The translations under genes were made by a program, and so were the position numbers. Below, in pieces: positions 36,352-48,853 of a stretch of 64,000 bases of DNA (position 1 is its first letter; each line of letters starts with the position of its first letter). The notes below the pieces were generated by a model that saw only the letters and a program-made list of their open reading frames with translations, did not search any database and was not told where the DNA came from. The DNA lies in the NCBI GenBank assembly GCA_029953675.1, contig JAMWBK010000009.1, positions 1,178,001-1,242,000 of the forward strand, read 5' to 3'. This DNA is from Rhodosorus marinus CCMP1338 (lineage: Eukaryota; Plantae; Rhodophyta).

Positions 36352-38987
36352 ATATGTTATAGAGTGGGCCGCGCGGTTGACCTCGTGGTCACCTGTGACA
36401 ATAGCCGCCATACGACGTACGTTGATCTTGCTGTTCCTAGTCCTCAGGCTAGTCGCTTTTTGCCGGCTGCGGGAGGCCAATATTAGACATCGCAAGGAGT
36501 TGAATATGCGGGGGCCTCGTCTTGCCCAGGCATTCGTGTTCGGCTCTAGCTCATCGCCTGGTACCTCTGGTCATTGAGTGCTTTGGGATTATGGATTCCG
36601 TTGGCTTCGGGAATTGTTCCGCGAACGCCCTGTGACCGTCTCTCCTCGTTGTTTACCCGTTTAAGTTTCTTGCTGTGGCGTATGAACGCTGAGATGATCT
36701 TCGAGGCGCGCGATCTTCGCCGCGCTTAGTCTGTTTTTTTCACCTCGGGGTTTTTTTCTTTCAGACTCCGACTAAAGAAATTCCTTCAATGGATTGTATA
36801 CCACCAAAATCATGTGTAGACCCTCTAATCGTTGTCGTTGTGGAATTGGGGCTTGCCCCTTTGCCCCGTAACCCATCTTGAGTATGGGGTCCTCCTCTGG
36901 TCATTGAGTGCTTTGCGCTTTATGGATACCGTTGGTGCTGTTGGCTTCGGAAGTTGTTCTGCGAAGCCCTGACCGTCTGTCCCCGTTGTTTACCTGCTTA
37001 TGCTTCTTGCTGTGGCATATGAACGCTGCTTTGATGGTGGAGGCGCGTGATCTTCCCCACGCATAGGCTTTGTTTTCCCCCTCGGGTATTTTCTTTCAGT
37101 CTCCTCTTAAGCAAATTCAGTCTTTGGAAGCATGGCACCGACCGGAGCAGTGTATCGGAGGACAATCAATTGGCAGTCTCTCCATCAGCATCACCGAACT
37201 AGAGGACAGGCTGTTCTACTCGAGTTTTTCGATTGTTTTTTTGTCTCATAAGTTTTCACCGCGCTTTCGCTCAGGCGTCAACACGAGCGTTTATTCAGAG
37301 CCTTTATTCCCTGCGGAGAGCATAAAGGGTGCCGCCAACGAACCCAACGACAAAAGGTGCCAGCGTGTCAAACAAAACTCCTCGAGGAGAGTTTCCAAGA
37401 CGGCTTGAGGGGCATTTCGAAGGTAGGTACGAATCAGCAGCCAACACATCAGCATAATGCTGCCTCTTATCCTGCTCTGATTTCCCAGCGGTAGAATTCC
37501 TGCTAGGCTGCGACCACGCACCTTCACAATCGAGAAGAACATCTACACGGGGTGAGAGCTCAGTTCAACATACTAGTTGGAAAAACTTTTTTGCTGCTTG
37601 GAGAGCAGAGCAGGATAAGAGGCAGCACTATGCTGAAGTGTTGGCTTCTGATTCGAGGGGCGTGATCTTGGTCCCGTTAGTGCTAGAGACGGTCGGAAGG
37701 CTAAGGCGGGGGTGAAATTCCTGCAGGCGACGACTACGCTCCTTCACGATGGAGAAGAACATCCTTACAGCGTGAGAGTGCAGTTGAACAGGATTCTGTG
37801 GCAACGCAACGCTCAACCTGTCATGCATACGATCGCGCAAGATCGCGATGACTTTAGCTTTTAGATGAGATCCCTGGACAAGGGTTTTGGGCATGTTTAG
37901 AGCTCCTTGAGTGTGCTTTTGTTGCGCTGCGGTAGGTAGCCGCCCAATAATGGCTAAGCGGCAATTCGAAAAACACGACTAAAGCCAGGGAGAAGCAACA
38001 GTATCTAAAATAGATCAAAGTGCTCGATGATGAGCGGTACAATCCGATGAGACAGTGCCGAGTCCCGAAAGTTTGGATGACTCATCGCCTCAGCGCACTG
38101 AGACGCCACTACTGTCGTGCGGCTATCCGCTACAATTCAAGGTATTAAAAAAAAAGAGCCTGAAATCCCTTTTTCCCTGAACCCATCATATAGTTCACCT
38201 CCGGCCGCCCTCAACAGTTATGGGTACCGAATGTTGGATACTCAATTGTAAGAGGCAAATTTGTCGAGGAGCCCGAAGAGGGTCAGACGCCAGAGCAGGC
38301 CATGCAAAAGTGAGCGTTGACATGTAGGGAACACGGTGTGCTAGGACTTGTCCCAGAGCGATATGCCAAGTAGCAGGGGTAGGGTAGCCTCGGGAGCACA
38401 CAACCGCCAGGTGAGCCTTGAGGGAATCTACTGCCACTGGCAGCCAGAAAATATATCACAAGGCAGTGACAATTCAATGATAGCCATTGGACAAACGGCC
38501 GTCGACTGTGTTTTTGTTACGCTGGGGGGTTTAAGACATAGTAGCAATCAAGTGTTTGGAGCGAGAATCGTCCAAGAGGGGTGCGTCCAGAGGGGTGGCT
38601 TTTAGTTTCGTGTGTTGTGCCTATAGGAGCAGGACTGAGATTCAATTAAACTAAAGCGAACCCCAAGTCCAAGATTTTGTTAATCACTATCCGGACTAGA
38701 GTATAGGCGGCTGACGAAGCCACGCCAAACGAGTGTGCCTCCTTTCCTTCCTCTAACAGGTCCGATGGGGAAATGACGAATCACCGGGTCCGACCCCTAT
38801 TGCGAGCACTGACACCACCGTTGTATCCGAGCCCAAGAGCAAACACAGCGCGCTGATGTTCCACCCGACCGGCGTCTAATCAAATAACCAGTTCAAAATG
38901 GCAAATGACATAGCTGAGCGAGATAGATCAGCTGATGGAGTTATGGGCAAGCGTTCCAGCAAATGTCATGCAAGCCAAAACCCCAGA

Positions 38988-39128
38988 CTAACAGTGAGTT
39001 AGAAGAAGGGAACACTCACCGGTTTTTCCATCCGGCAATTTGCGGACAAATCTAAAAACTAACAGTGAGTTAGAAAAAGGGAACACTCACCGGTTTTTCC
39101 ATCCGACAATTTGCGGACAAGTTTAAAA
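38988..39128 (+). repeat. Two-copy tandem repeat of about 71 bp
   Basis: CTAACAGTGAGTTAGAA(G/A)AAGGGAACACTCACCGGTTTTTCCATCCG(G/A)CAATTTGCGGACAA starts at 38988 and again at 39059. Confidence 0.9.
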
Positions 39129-40531
39129 GTACCCATATTGAATCACGTTAGAAAATAGGAGCTTGAGGATAGTTGAATCACATAGAAAATTACAGCGTGC
39201 AGGTAGAGAAAAGCCGGGAATGAGAATTTGTAATGGTGTAAGTGCGTCCTGATTCTTAAGAGTCAGGAATGTCACCTTTCTGTTTTTTGAGGAGGGTGGT
39301 TTACGCTCGGAATGAACAGAATGAGTGCTAGCCACGGTGCAGGTGGGAATTGTCCCTAATCTGTCCTTTAACAGGGTTGTCATTTCCGTCCGATAAGAGT
39401 TCACTACAACTGAAATTACGAATAATTTGATATTTGACTTCTGCCTCCCGACCGATACGAGTTTATCGGACCGGAATAAAAAAAAAACACGGTTGTCATA
39501 GACGTCCTCACGGACGTCCGATAAGTTTTTGGGACGACTTGTTGAAAAACGAAAGTAAATGCGATGTTACTGTTGAAATTATTCAACAAAAGGAGTCTGA
39601 TTGGGTCGCGTCTTGTTTCTCGCTTCCCTGGCTCTGAATAAACGGATGATGATGACTGTCAATACACAATCTAGTGGCTTTTCAGGACGGTCGAACTGGA
39701 AGGGGAAAGATTATGGAGTAAATTGCGAACTAAGCATTCGTTTTCCATGTCCACAGAAAGGAGAACATTGAGTCTATCAATATTCGTCGATGATTGAAAT
39801 TATTCAAATTATTATATATGTAACGCCAGATAGTAATAATAATATCGGACGCTTATCGGTCGTTAACGGACGAAACAGGTGTTTTTCTTGCCGTTCAGTA
39901 CCTATCAAAACCACGTCAAAATTCTCCAAAAATAATAATAGTATTAATATAAACTATACTGGCAGGATGAGATCCGGTGCGGGGTCCTGGTCGTGAAGAA
40001 TCTCATCAACCTACTATTTTTAGATAGATAACGTCAGACTTCTTTACAAAATGCATACCTCGATTGTTGTAGATCTAGATATAATAAGATCTAATTCAAG
40101 CAAAGATAAATATTGATATTTTCTTATATTACGAAGAGCAACCTGCAAATTGTAATATTTTGTACAATATTATCATTTTTGTTACATTATATTTTAAGAA
40201 ATAATCTGAGTGATACAGCTGTCCTATCTATTTCTAGATGAAGAATGGTTTTAATTAAGAATTACTACCGTGATTAAGAACCCTAAGCATTTCGTAACTA
40301 AGTCTCACCAATGCGATTCCATCGATTGTGATGTAAATGAGAGTGCGCCGAGAGGTTCCTCGCTTTGGAGATGAACAGGTCGGAAGCTTAGGCTCTTCTT
40401 CTGAGAGTACAAGAACGAATAAAGAAGTTTTTGAAAGTATGGGTCATGCAGCTAGGCGTCGCGATTGAGGTCTGTGCCCTTGCGTCTAAGGATTAGCGGG
40501 TTCAGGAGCGGGAGTTCTATTTTTTTGTAGA

Positions 40532-42725
40532 ATGGAAAAGCCGAAGAGCTTCACCATCGACGAGGCCATCGATGGAATCGGGTTTGGAAAGTTCCACTGG
40601 ATGCTGATGTTGATCGTGGGGATATCATGGATTGGCGTCGGCATGCAGATGATGCTCTTGTCGTTTCTAGGTCCGTTTCTGGAATGTTCATGGACTCTTT
40701 TGCCGGCCCAAGTGAGTTCCTTCCGCTGAAGTTCAGTGATGAGTTTTCTCCTCAGTAATATCCAAACGGAGCACCACCGCTGACCCATTGCTTCAGAAGA
40801 TACTCCTGGCAGCTCTTCTCGAGTAGCGGCTGGCAGCAAAAGTAAACACTGACCAACTTTTGGCCGGTCGTTTGTTTTCCCGTTTCAGGAGTCGATTCTA
40901 GTCTCTGTAGAAAGCTTCGGGATCCTGTGCGGAAACTTATTCTGGGGTTGTGTTGGTGACCGATTCGGGAGGAAGAAAACGGCACTTTTCTGTACTGCGA
41001 TTATTGCGCTTTTTGGTGTGGTCTCTGCAGTCACGCAGAATATCTCACAGCTCTGCGCAGTGAGATTTTTTGTCGGAATTGGTTCTGGAGGAGTAAGTTT
41101 CGATTACGCCAAGGTTTAACATCGCTTGACAGCTAACAGCTTTCCGCTCCTACTGGAAATTTTCTTGCATTGCACATCAGATTCATGTAGCGTTTATGCT
41201 TTTCCTTGAGTTCGTTCCCTCTGAAAGACGAGGATTTTGGAGCGCTGTTGTACAGGGTTGGTGGATCGTCGGAACCCTAGCCCAAGCTGTCACAGCTATG
41301 CTCATACTACCAACCCTTCGATGGCGAACTTTTGTACTGGTCTCTGCGGTTCCCCTTGTCGTCTTTGTGTGCCTAGGCTTTCTCTTGGTAGAAAGCCCTA
41401 GGTTCTTGCTCTCTGCAGGTAAGGCTGGGAATTTTTGTGATCGATACCAGGGTCAGACGCCTCGGGATATTGGCACTCAATTCACTCTAATCTAAAAAAA
41501 GCACTATCAACAGGACAACTCGAGAAAGCATCTGAGATTCTTGAGTATGTGTCAGAGATGAACGGAAAGAAACTGCCTCCAGGGGAGCTGGCTGACATGT
41601 GCAATGCTGACCCAGACGAACCGGCCGAAGAGGTTGAGGAGGAGTGTTGCGATGACAAGGTTAGTAGCGATGACGAGAAGAGTTATGAAAACGATGACGA
41701 CGGGGGCTCCGAAGACCTTGAGAGTATCGACCTTGAGAGCATCGACCTTGAGAGTATCGACCTTGAAGTTATCGACGCTGAATCGAAGCAACCTGGCGAA
41801 CGCAGTAGCAAGAGTTTGCTGAAGACTTTCCAGCAACTGCTTTTGGGCAAGTACGCTACTATAACGGTAATCCTTCTCATTCAATGGGTCGTTTGTGCGC
41901 TGTTGTACTACGGCATCGTGCTCCTCACGACAACGCTCCTGGTACGTCAAAAAACCCAAAAAGTTGATCGGGCGCTCGCGTGCGTGAAACTAAACTGGGC
42001 CTCTTCCTCACTCTCCTCCATCAGCTCGAGATTAACGGCTGTGATGCAGAGAATCCTCTCACGATGTACGACTACCTTCTAGTTTTGGTAACTACAGCCG
42101 CTGATATTCCTGGGCTTCTGCTCGGGATGTTTCTTATAGACCGCGTCGGCGCAAAACCTCTGTTGGCATTCTTTTTGTTGACGTGCGCGATCCCGTGCTT
42201 CCTGCTGTTCGTACCGCAACAAACCGTCAGAGTTTGCATGCTTTCCCTAGCTCGAACAACAGTCGGTGGTGCTTTCCACGTCTTGCATACGTATACGCCT
42301 GAGGTGAGCGCGATCAGCTTTAATCTTGAAGCTAGTGGTTTGGTGGCAGCCTCTCACATTGGTCTTCTTGATTTGTTTCTTGTGAAACAGTGCTACGGTA
42401 CTTCGATACGTACTACAGCGTTCGGGTTCTGCGCTGCGTTTGCCAAGATAGGTGGGATGATAGCACCTTTCGTCGCAAGTGTACCTGTTGACAATGGGAA
42501 GAGTTGGCTTTCGTTCACCATCCTAGGCGTCGCAGCTATCGTGGGCGGTCTCAGTTGCTTCTTCTTGCCGGTATGTGAAAGTGCTTGGAAGAGCTCGTCC
42601 ACGGGGATTTTCGCTTGTGCCTTTTGAAACGTATTCACAATATGAACGTTGTCGTCGTGTGTCCCTAATCGTCGCAGGTTGAAACAACTGGACGGGACCT
42701 TTCCGACCTTGACAACGAGGTCTGA
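40532..42725 (+). CDS. MFS transporter, SVOP/plant OCT7-like, paralogue 2
   Basis: Same seven-exon structure as 32837-34951 with an intact frame; expanded acidic central loop with (DLESI)x3; stop TGA at 42723-42725. Confidence 0.9.
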
Positions 42726-42764
42726 AGTTTGTACATAGATCAACATTGGTTAACCAAAACATGT

Positions 42765-44798
42765 CTACCCAACCTGAGGTAAATGCGCACAAAGGATTCC
42801 ATCCTCCTCCACCTCGTCATCGTCGAGAACTGCCTTGTGGGAATACTCAAGAATGCTCGCTGTCCTGCGCAGGGTAAACATGGGGTCATCGATTGGCTTG
42901 GAGGCTCTGTAGAATCCTGTACAAAAGTTGGTATCGTCCTCTGAGCCTGTACATAGAAAAATTGGTGAATGAACACAGTCCATTAGATGCACAGCACTAT
43001 TCAAAAATACGAATTAGCAAACTGGGTCACTGCAGGAATACAATCCACCTAGCGTGTACTCCCTTTTCGAGCCCACTTACCAAAGAAAACCGGTACCCTG
43101 TCATGAATAGATGTTGGGACAAGCTCTAAGATTGGATCCAGCCCCGTAAGCGCTTGTCCCCCACCGTTAGCAACCAGGAACGCTATTGGCGCTGCCTCGT
43201 AAAGCAACTTGATCGCTCCCATGGGGTTATTCTTGTTCTGTGGATACATATATACGCCACCATACATAATTGTCCTGTGTACATCAGCAACGAGGGATCC
43301 TACGTAGCGCAGCTGGCGCTTTTTCCCATCAAGCGAGGGCTGCGACTAGAAACACCGATTGCCGAGATGATCATCGTCCCAGTTAGCGATTCGGGAAGTC
43401 GCACCCGTCTACTTTTTAAACACGAAACCCACCTTGAGAGCCTGCAGCATCTCCCGAGTTCTCTCGTCATAGAGAACCGTCCTGCCCTCGTTTACGGAGT
43501 ATTGATGTCCCGTATAGGGTACCTTGATGTTCTCGTGAGTGAGAATAAATTCATTGAGAGACGGATCCAGCGTGAATCCGTGCAGGCCATCTCCAATACT
43601 AGACCACAGATACACGGTTACGAGCGGTTAAATCGCGAGCGGCCATTGTTTGCCGACTTCCCAATTTCAGCAAAGAGATATGCCGAAAGCGTTACATCCG
43701 TCTGTTCGTCATACCTGAACATCAGCGTGGTCGCCGCTCCATACAGTGCATAGCCAGCAGCGATGAGTTGTTTTCCAGGCTGAATCACGTCATCCATTCT
43801 AGGAGGCCCCCTCGTAAGCTGCCTAAAGATCCCAAAAATTGCTCCCTGTTTTCATTGTTTTGCCGACAAGAAAGGTGGAAAACAAGGTGAGCTCAGTAGC
43901 TCCGATCCATTCCGAATCATTTCGCCGTGTTCTTGGAATGATGAGACTTTCACTCACTCGATCTTCGCAGGGCGGATCAGCAAGACCAGTCAGAGGATCG
44001 AAAACAACAGCATACTGACCCTGCATCTCGTCTTCAATGGCTACGGGCTCTTCGAGATCTTCGGAAACGAGCATGCAGCACGTTCTGCTGAATAGCAAGC
44101 AAGTAATCCACGTCTCGTTGGCCAACTTGCTCAGTTCTTCGGGATTATTGCTTTCAGCGAATGGCAATCCCATTCTCCGGACCATCGCACCAACCTGGAC
44201 GCCATTATCCCGGATTTCAATCAGTCCTCTTATGGGCTGACATTCACATCGATCGCGAGAATGAAGCTCCCTATTTTGGAAAGAATCCAACGCATTGTGG
44301 TCGTGGTTGGAGCTCTCGATCAGCGCACCTGCTTTATGGCTAGAGTGATGCTCGCGAGCAGCGCGACCAAGTCATGTAGTGAATCTCTTTCATTCTTCGT
44401 TTCAGAGTACTGCACGTTATCCTCCAAAAGGTTCAATAGATGGCGATTTGTTCTGAGTAAGTAAGTTACAACTGTTTCCTAGATATTTGAGAAGCGAGGC
44501 AACGGTTAGCTAGGTCGAAGAGGGCCTGCTTCTGGGGAGTAGTGCGAATCCATGGATGAGGCCCAAGTCCTACCCCAACCATCGGCTTTTCATCGTGCTT
44601 CGGATTACGCCCATCAATCAAATCCTACGTCGTCATTGAAGCCGAAAATCGTCAGGAAATTTCAAAAAAAAGAGTTTGTGGAACGCCCTTTGCGACCATA
44701 GCGCCTCTAATGCCCAACCTCTTTGTCGATGAAGCTGCTCCGCATGCGCTGCCTGGAGAACTTTTCCAGGGAAGTCAGCTCATCGCTGCTCGTACTCA
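42765..44798 (-). CDS. Divergent class I fructose-1,6-bisphosphatase-like protein, probably cytosolic and possibly a pseudoenzyme
   Basis: About seven exons join in frame from MSTSSDELTSLEK to GILCAHLPQVG*. Motifs CCMLVSED, YAVVFDPLTG, GAIFGIF, QPGKQLIAAGYALYG, HGFTLDP, YSVNEG, LRYVGSLVADVHRTIMYGG, LLYEAAP, RVPVFFGS. The two 5'-most exons are less certain. Confidence 0.85.
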
Positions 44799-45707
44799 TT
44801 CTGGCCTATACCTACCCAGCTCGGAAAACAGCCAGATAAAACAGTGAAGACCAGCCAAACCCGAGCTGTTCCTTCCCCCCGTCCCCGCGTCAAACCTCAC
44901 ACCAAAACTCCTCAAATGGCAATCCTCCAAATCCTTTCGGCTATCAAAAATGTCTAATCGAACGTTCCAAAACGAAACCTTCAGGCTCACCAAGTCCGCT
45001 GCTTCCGCTCTATCTGCAAACCAAACAAAACCCTAATCATTCCCTCCATGTCCGAACGATCCAGGCCATCCGCTTCATCATCGTCCATCCGTCCAGAGAT
45101 ATTGTGGAGGATCGATCAATTTGCGATGAGAGATCCATGCTTCTGAACTTGATATATCATTTCTTAAACTCACGATGTCTGTCTTCATTGTTCTGTCCCG
45201 GTCGATCTCCTGCTCAGGTAGGAGCAACAACCGCCAGGCCTAGCGCGGTAACCCCTCGCTCAAAATTGATTGAATAAAATTGAATTTCTGAATTTTATTT
45301 GCATAGGTAGTCATTTACATTGCCGCAGGTAGCAAATGGACGGGAACGGTTAAGGAGGTTGGAGAAAGCAGCTGTTGACCATCGCGCGTGTGCTTCAGGG
45401 GATTTCCTACGTGCGTTCTCGTATTTGTCCCACGTGGCGAAACGCATTTTATGCGGTTGCTCCGCTAGGTCTGTGGTTGTCTTGGTTGCAATGTGTGCTG
45501 GATCCGGACGCGCCCGACCATGCACTAGCGTTTGTAAGCCATCAACCGCATGGTATGAGGAGCATTGCCTAGATCGTTCTCAACGCCCGAGATTGTTCGT
45601 ATTCAGCAGGCGTGCTTGATTTCCACCCCTCCCCCAGTCTCTCTTCGGGCTGGTGTTTCCCGCGCGAAGGGCGGTAGGATTCCCAGGGGGACAGAGTCGA
45701 TATGCTT

Positions 45708-46271
45708 CTATGCCCACCATGACGCACCTCCGAGGCCATCTCCAGCGATGGAACCCCGGATGTGCATTGGTGACTTTCTGCCCTCTGCAGCGTCCTTGTC
45801 GCCTGGTTGAGAAAAGAAGACGTCTAACACTTTGAACCAGATGTAATCAAACTCGTAGAGGTACAGTTCGTTTTCTTCGTACTTCCAGATCCACGCGTTG
45901 TCTTCTACCTCAAAGGTCGATGGATGTTGCAAGTCCTTCTTGTCAATAAAAATGTCGTCGAAAAAGTCGAGGCTGAGGAATATCCCCGTGGCGTCCACCG
46001 CGCGAATCCTCGCGAGGAGCACGTCCCCGGCCATTGGCCGGAAAACTACCATCCGGAACTCCACCAGCGTCTGCGTTGCACCGTCCCCATAGAGGATTCT
46101 GTCTTCACCAATCGACAGCCAGTCGTACAAAATAATGCACTGCCCGTGCCCCTCCACTACCCGGTTGCTGAACTGCCTATTTACCTCATCCTCAAGCACC
46201 CGCGAGCGATCCTCGGAAAACAAATGCGGTGGAATCCTGATCGATTCCCTAATCCGAATCAGACTAAACAT
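45708..46271 (-). CDS. POLR3H: RNA polymerase III subunit RPC8/C25
   Basis: Intronless 187 aa. IRIPPHLF, GQCIILYD, VEFRMVVFRPMAGDVL, LDFFDDIFI, NAWIWKY, GDGLGGASWW. Confidence 0.92.
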   Translation of the reverse strand: MFSLIRIRESIRIPPHLFSEDRSRVLEDEVNRQFSNRVVEGHGQCIILYDWLSIGEDRILYGDGATQTLVEFRMVVFRPMAGDVLLARIRAVDATGIFLSLDFFDDIFIDKKDLQHPSTFEVEDNAWIWKYEENELYLYEFDYIWFKVLDVFFSQPGDKDAAEGRKSPMHIRGSIAGDGLGGASWWA

Positions 46272-47421
46272 ACCATAGATCTAATCTTCATCAGATACCG
46301 TTCCTTTTTCCATTCCAATACCTCACACCTCTTGGCAATACACCCAACCCTCGAAGAGCTCTCCACAATCCCTCCACATCACGCCGATAAGCATTATCTA
46401 TCTAAACCCATCCGAATTAAAAAAACCTTAAAGTGTCACCTACTTAATCAATCAAATACAAGAATTATCAAGTTAACAATTTATTAATTCTATATTATGT
46501 ACAGTCAATATTATAAAAGATTGAACTTGTAAGTGACAGTTAGATACTCGGAGTGGAGACCGAATCGGCTTCAAACCTGCAACAAGCAGTTGAAATGTTG
46601 AGCTTGAGGATACACTGGGGACTTTCTCAGACGACAATTGAGCTTACTGCCTTCGATGAGTCCCTTGCTTATTCACCCGCTCATGCTAGTCCTCGCCGGC
46701 TGATGTAGCTGTCGACTTCCTGAAGCATATACCGACCAGCAGCTACGAAGGCGGTTTCTTTCGCGAAGCTCCAGCCCTTGTGCTTCTGGTCCGTAGTAGA
46801 CAGACGAACTTCGCGCTGTGATGCTGGTGTCATTCCCAGCTTCAGGGATAGCCACTAGGTAACCAAAAAATCCGCTTCGGGTTGACATCTCTAATCCCAG
46901 AGCGCGGGGATGTTGACTCAAGTCTGGTGTGGATGGAATGCTCTGTTTTTACCACGTCCTCTCATATCACAGCAAACGAATCAGTACCTTGCCAGCAAAC
47001 GAACGAGTAGTCGTTTGGTGGCAGTCCGATTCGGCTTGTTTCACATGTCGAAATTGGAGGCATCCTCTCTCTGCTCTGGATGCTATAGCTCATCCAGGAA
47101 CGCGGGGCTGAAAGCTCGACGTGGGTGTAGAGATGATGTGCTCCGTCTTGACCGTGTCCTCTCACATCAGCGCAAACAAGCAAGTACAGCTCCACCAAAT
47201 GAACAGTCCCATTCAGTTTGTTTGGCTTATGGAAGAAGGACAGCTGCTTGCGGGCTTCAGTCTTGATGTGGATGAGACCCTTTCGTGAAGAGGGTAGCGA
47301 AAGAGTCAGAGCTTCAGCAAGACGGAAGGGGTTGGCAGAGACTGGTCTTTCTGTATGGAGAGGAAAGAAAGCATTTATTCAGCGTTTTTCGAAAGCAGCT
47401 TCCTTCGTCCGCTTGAAGAAG

Positions 47422-48670
47422 ATGAATGGTCAAGAGAGAGAGAAGAAATATTGTGCGAGATTGGATGCTGGTGAAGACGTATCTACTGTCGTGAGGGAGG
47501 CTGTAAGCGATCCTCTGCTGTTTCAATTCGGGGAAATTCTGAGCTTGGATCAGGTTTCTGAGGTAAGACTAATCCTTGTCACACCATTCGAATTTTTAGC
47601 AATTTTGTTTGGTTCGGCTGTCGTGGAATCGGAAGCCGAATCATGGTCGACAGAGTGGCGTCGGACGAGATGTTCCGATTTACGTGACAGTCGGGAACAG
47701 ACAACATTGTATAGGAAGCTCTCGCCCGATCTACTTTAGAGGTTTTTCACGATTCTTGGTTGTGTTGCTCGCCACTGTTGCCCGCGGCTGTCGTCGTAGA
47801 AAAGCAGGGCCGGCATCCCCAGCAAGTTCGCTGACTCGTTGGTTTGTTTTTGGATCTCTGTTCCGTTGTGATTTGTTGCGGTAGCTGTGTAATGGTGGAG
47901 GACAGGAGCTTTACGATCTACTCGTTCTTTATGCATATGGCAATCTGAAGGATTATGAGAGTGGGTGTTTGTCATGAGACTCTGCCAAAAAATTCGATAC
48001 TTAGGGGAAGCCTTTCTGAAAGAGTCGCAAATTTCTTCTCGTGAAACCTAGTGAACACCTCGTTGCTACCCAAGATTTTGAATGTCGAGCGGATGAAACT
48101 TAAGCAGTTGACAGTTCTTTCTCAGCTATCGGTACCTGGGGATGTCTCATATGACACGCTGATGAAGGAGCTGAATATCACAAAAGTGCGTGAGCTGGAG
48201 GATCTGATAATTGAACTGATCTACGCCAAGCTCTTGAACGCAACTTTTGATCAGAAAAGGATGCTTCTCCACTTTGTTGGCTGCACCTCACGGGATGTAC
48301 CAAACCCGGACGTACTTCAACGGACACGATTAACTCTCACTTCTGTTCAATCCACTGTCGACGTCATGTTGCAGTCGCTCGAATCCTGGCGAGCTAACTC
48401 CGTGAGGCTTCTTCAGACCATTGACGATATGGTAAGCCGGTGGTTGAATGCGTGCTTACGACCTAGGCTCTCGCTCTTTCTTCTTGCCCGTATGCTAAGT
48501 TGCAGCTTTTTCTCTTTCATCAAACTAAGGCTTTGGACGTTCGAGAAAAGGAACTGGAGAAGGAGAGGCATGACGCCGAGCTTGAGAAGCGGATCGCGGT
48601 TGTTCGGGACAGCATGAAGATAGACAAACCGCGACCAGGTCGAGCGGATGTGGATACGAACGTCGCCTAA
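47422..48670 (+). CDS. CSN7: COP9 signalosome subunit 7 (PCI domain)
   Basis: Multi-exon. DPLLFQFGEILSL, KLKQLTVLS, SYDTLMKELNITKVRELEDLIIELIY, TFDQK, RDV; coiled-coil tail ending DTNVA*. Confidence 0.85.
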
Positions 48671-48853
48671 CTGCAATAAACAAAAACGCGTGAGATCGCA
48701 TAACAACTTAATAAAGGCCAGTGGAAGCCCGTTAAACGACGGATTGTTTTCTACGTGAACTCTTCAAAAGCTTTCCACTGAAAAAGAACATACATATTAG
48801 AAGTACGAGGAACTCCATTTGGATTCCTCATTCTGGGCTCTGGTTGCCCCTGT

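Larger units (their letters stand above)
36519..43257. repeat. Tandem segmental duplication, unit 2
   Basis: Counterpart of 28961-35388. Its first module is doubled (36519-36775 and 36893-37110), and it continues into the full-length FBPase-like gene. Confidence 0.92.

Noticed and set aside
28961-38610. Repeated blocks considered as a CRISPR array or intact LTR retrotransposon
   Set aside because: No regular short repeat-spacer period; no RT, integrase or RNase H motifs, PBS or paired LTRs identified.
45295-45619. ORFs between the FBPase-like gene and RPC25
   Set aside because: No homology cues; RPC25 is complete without them.
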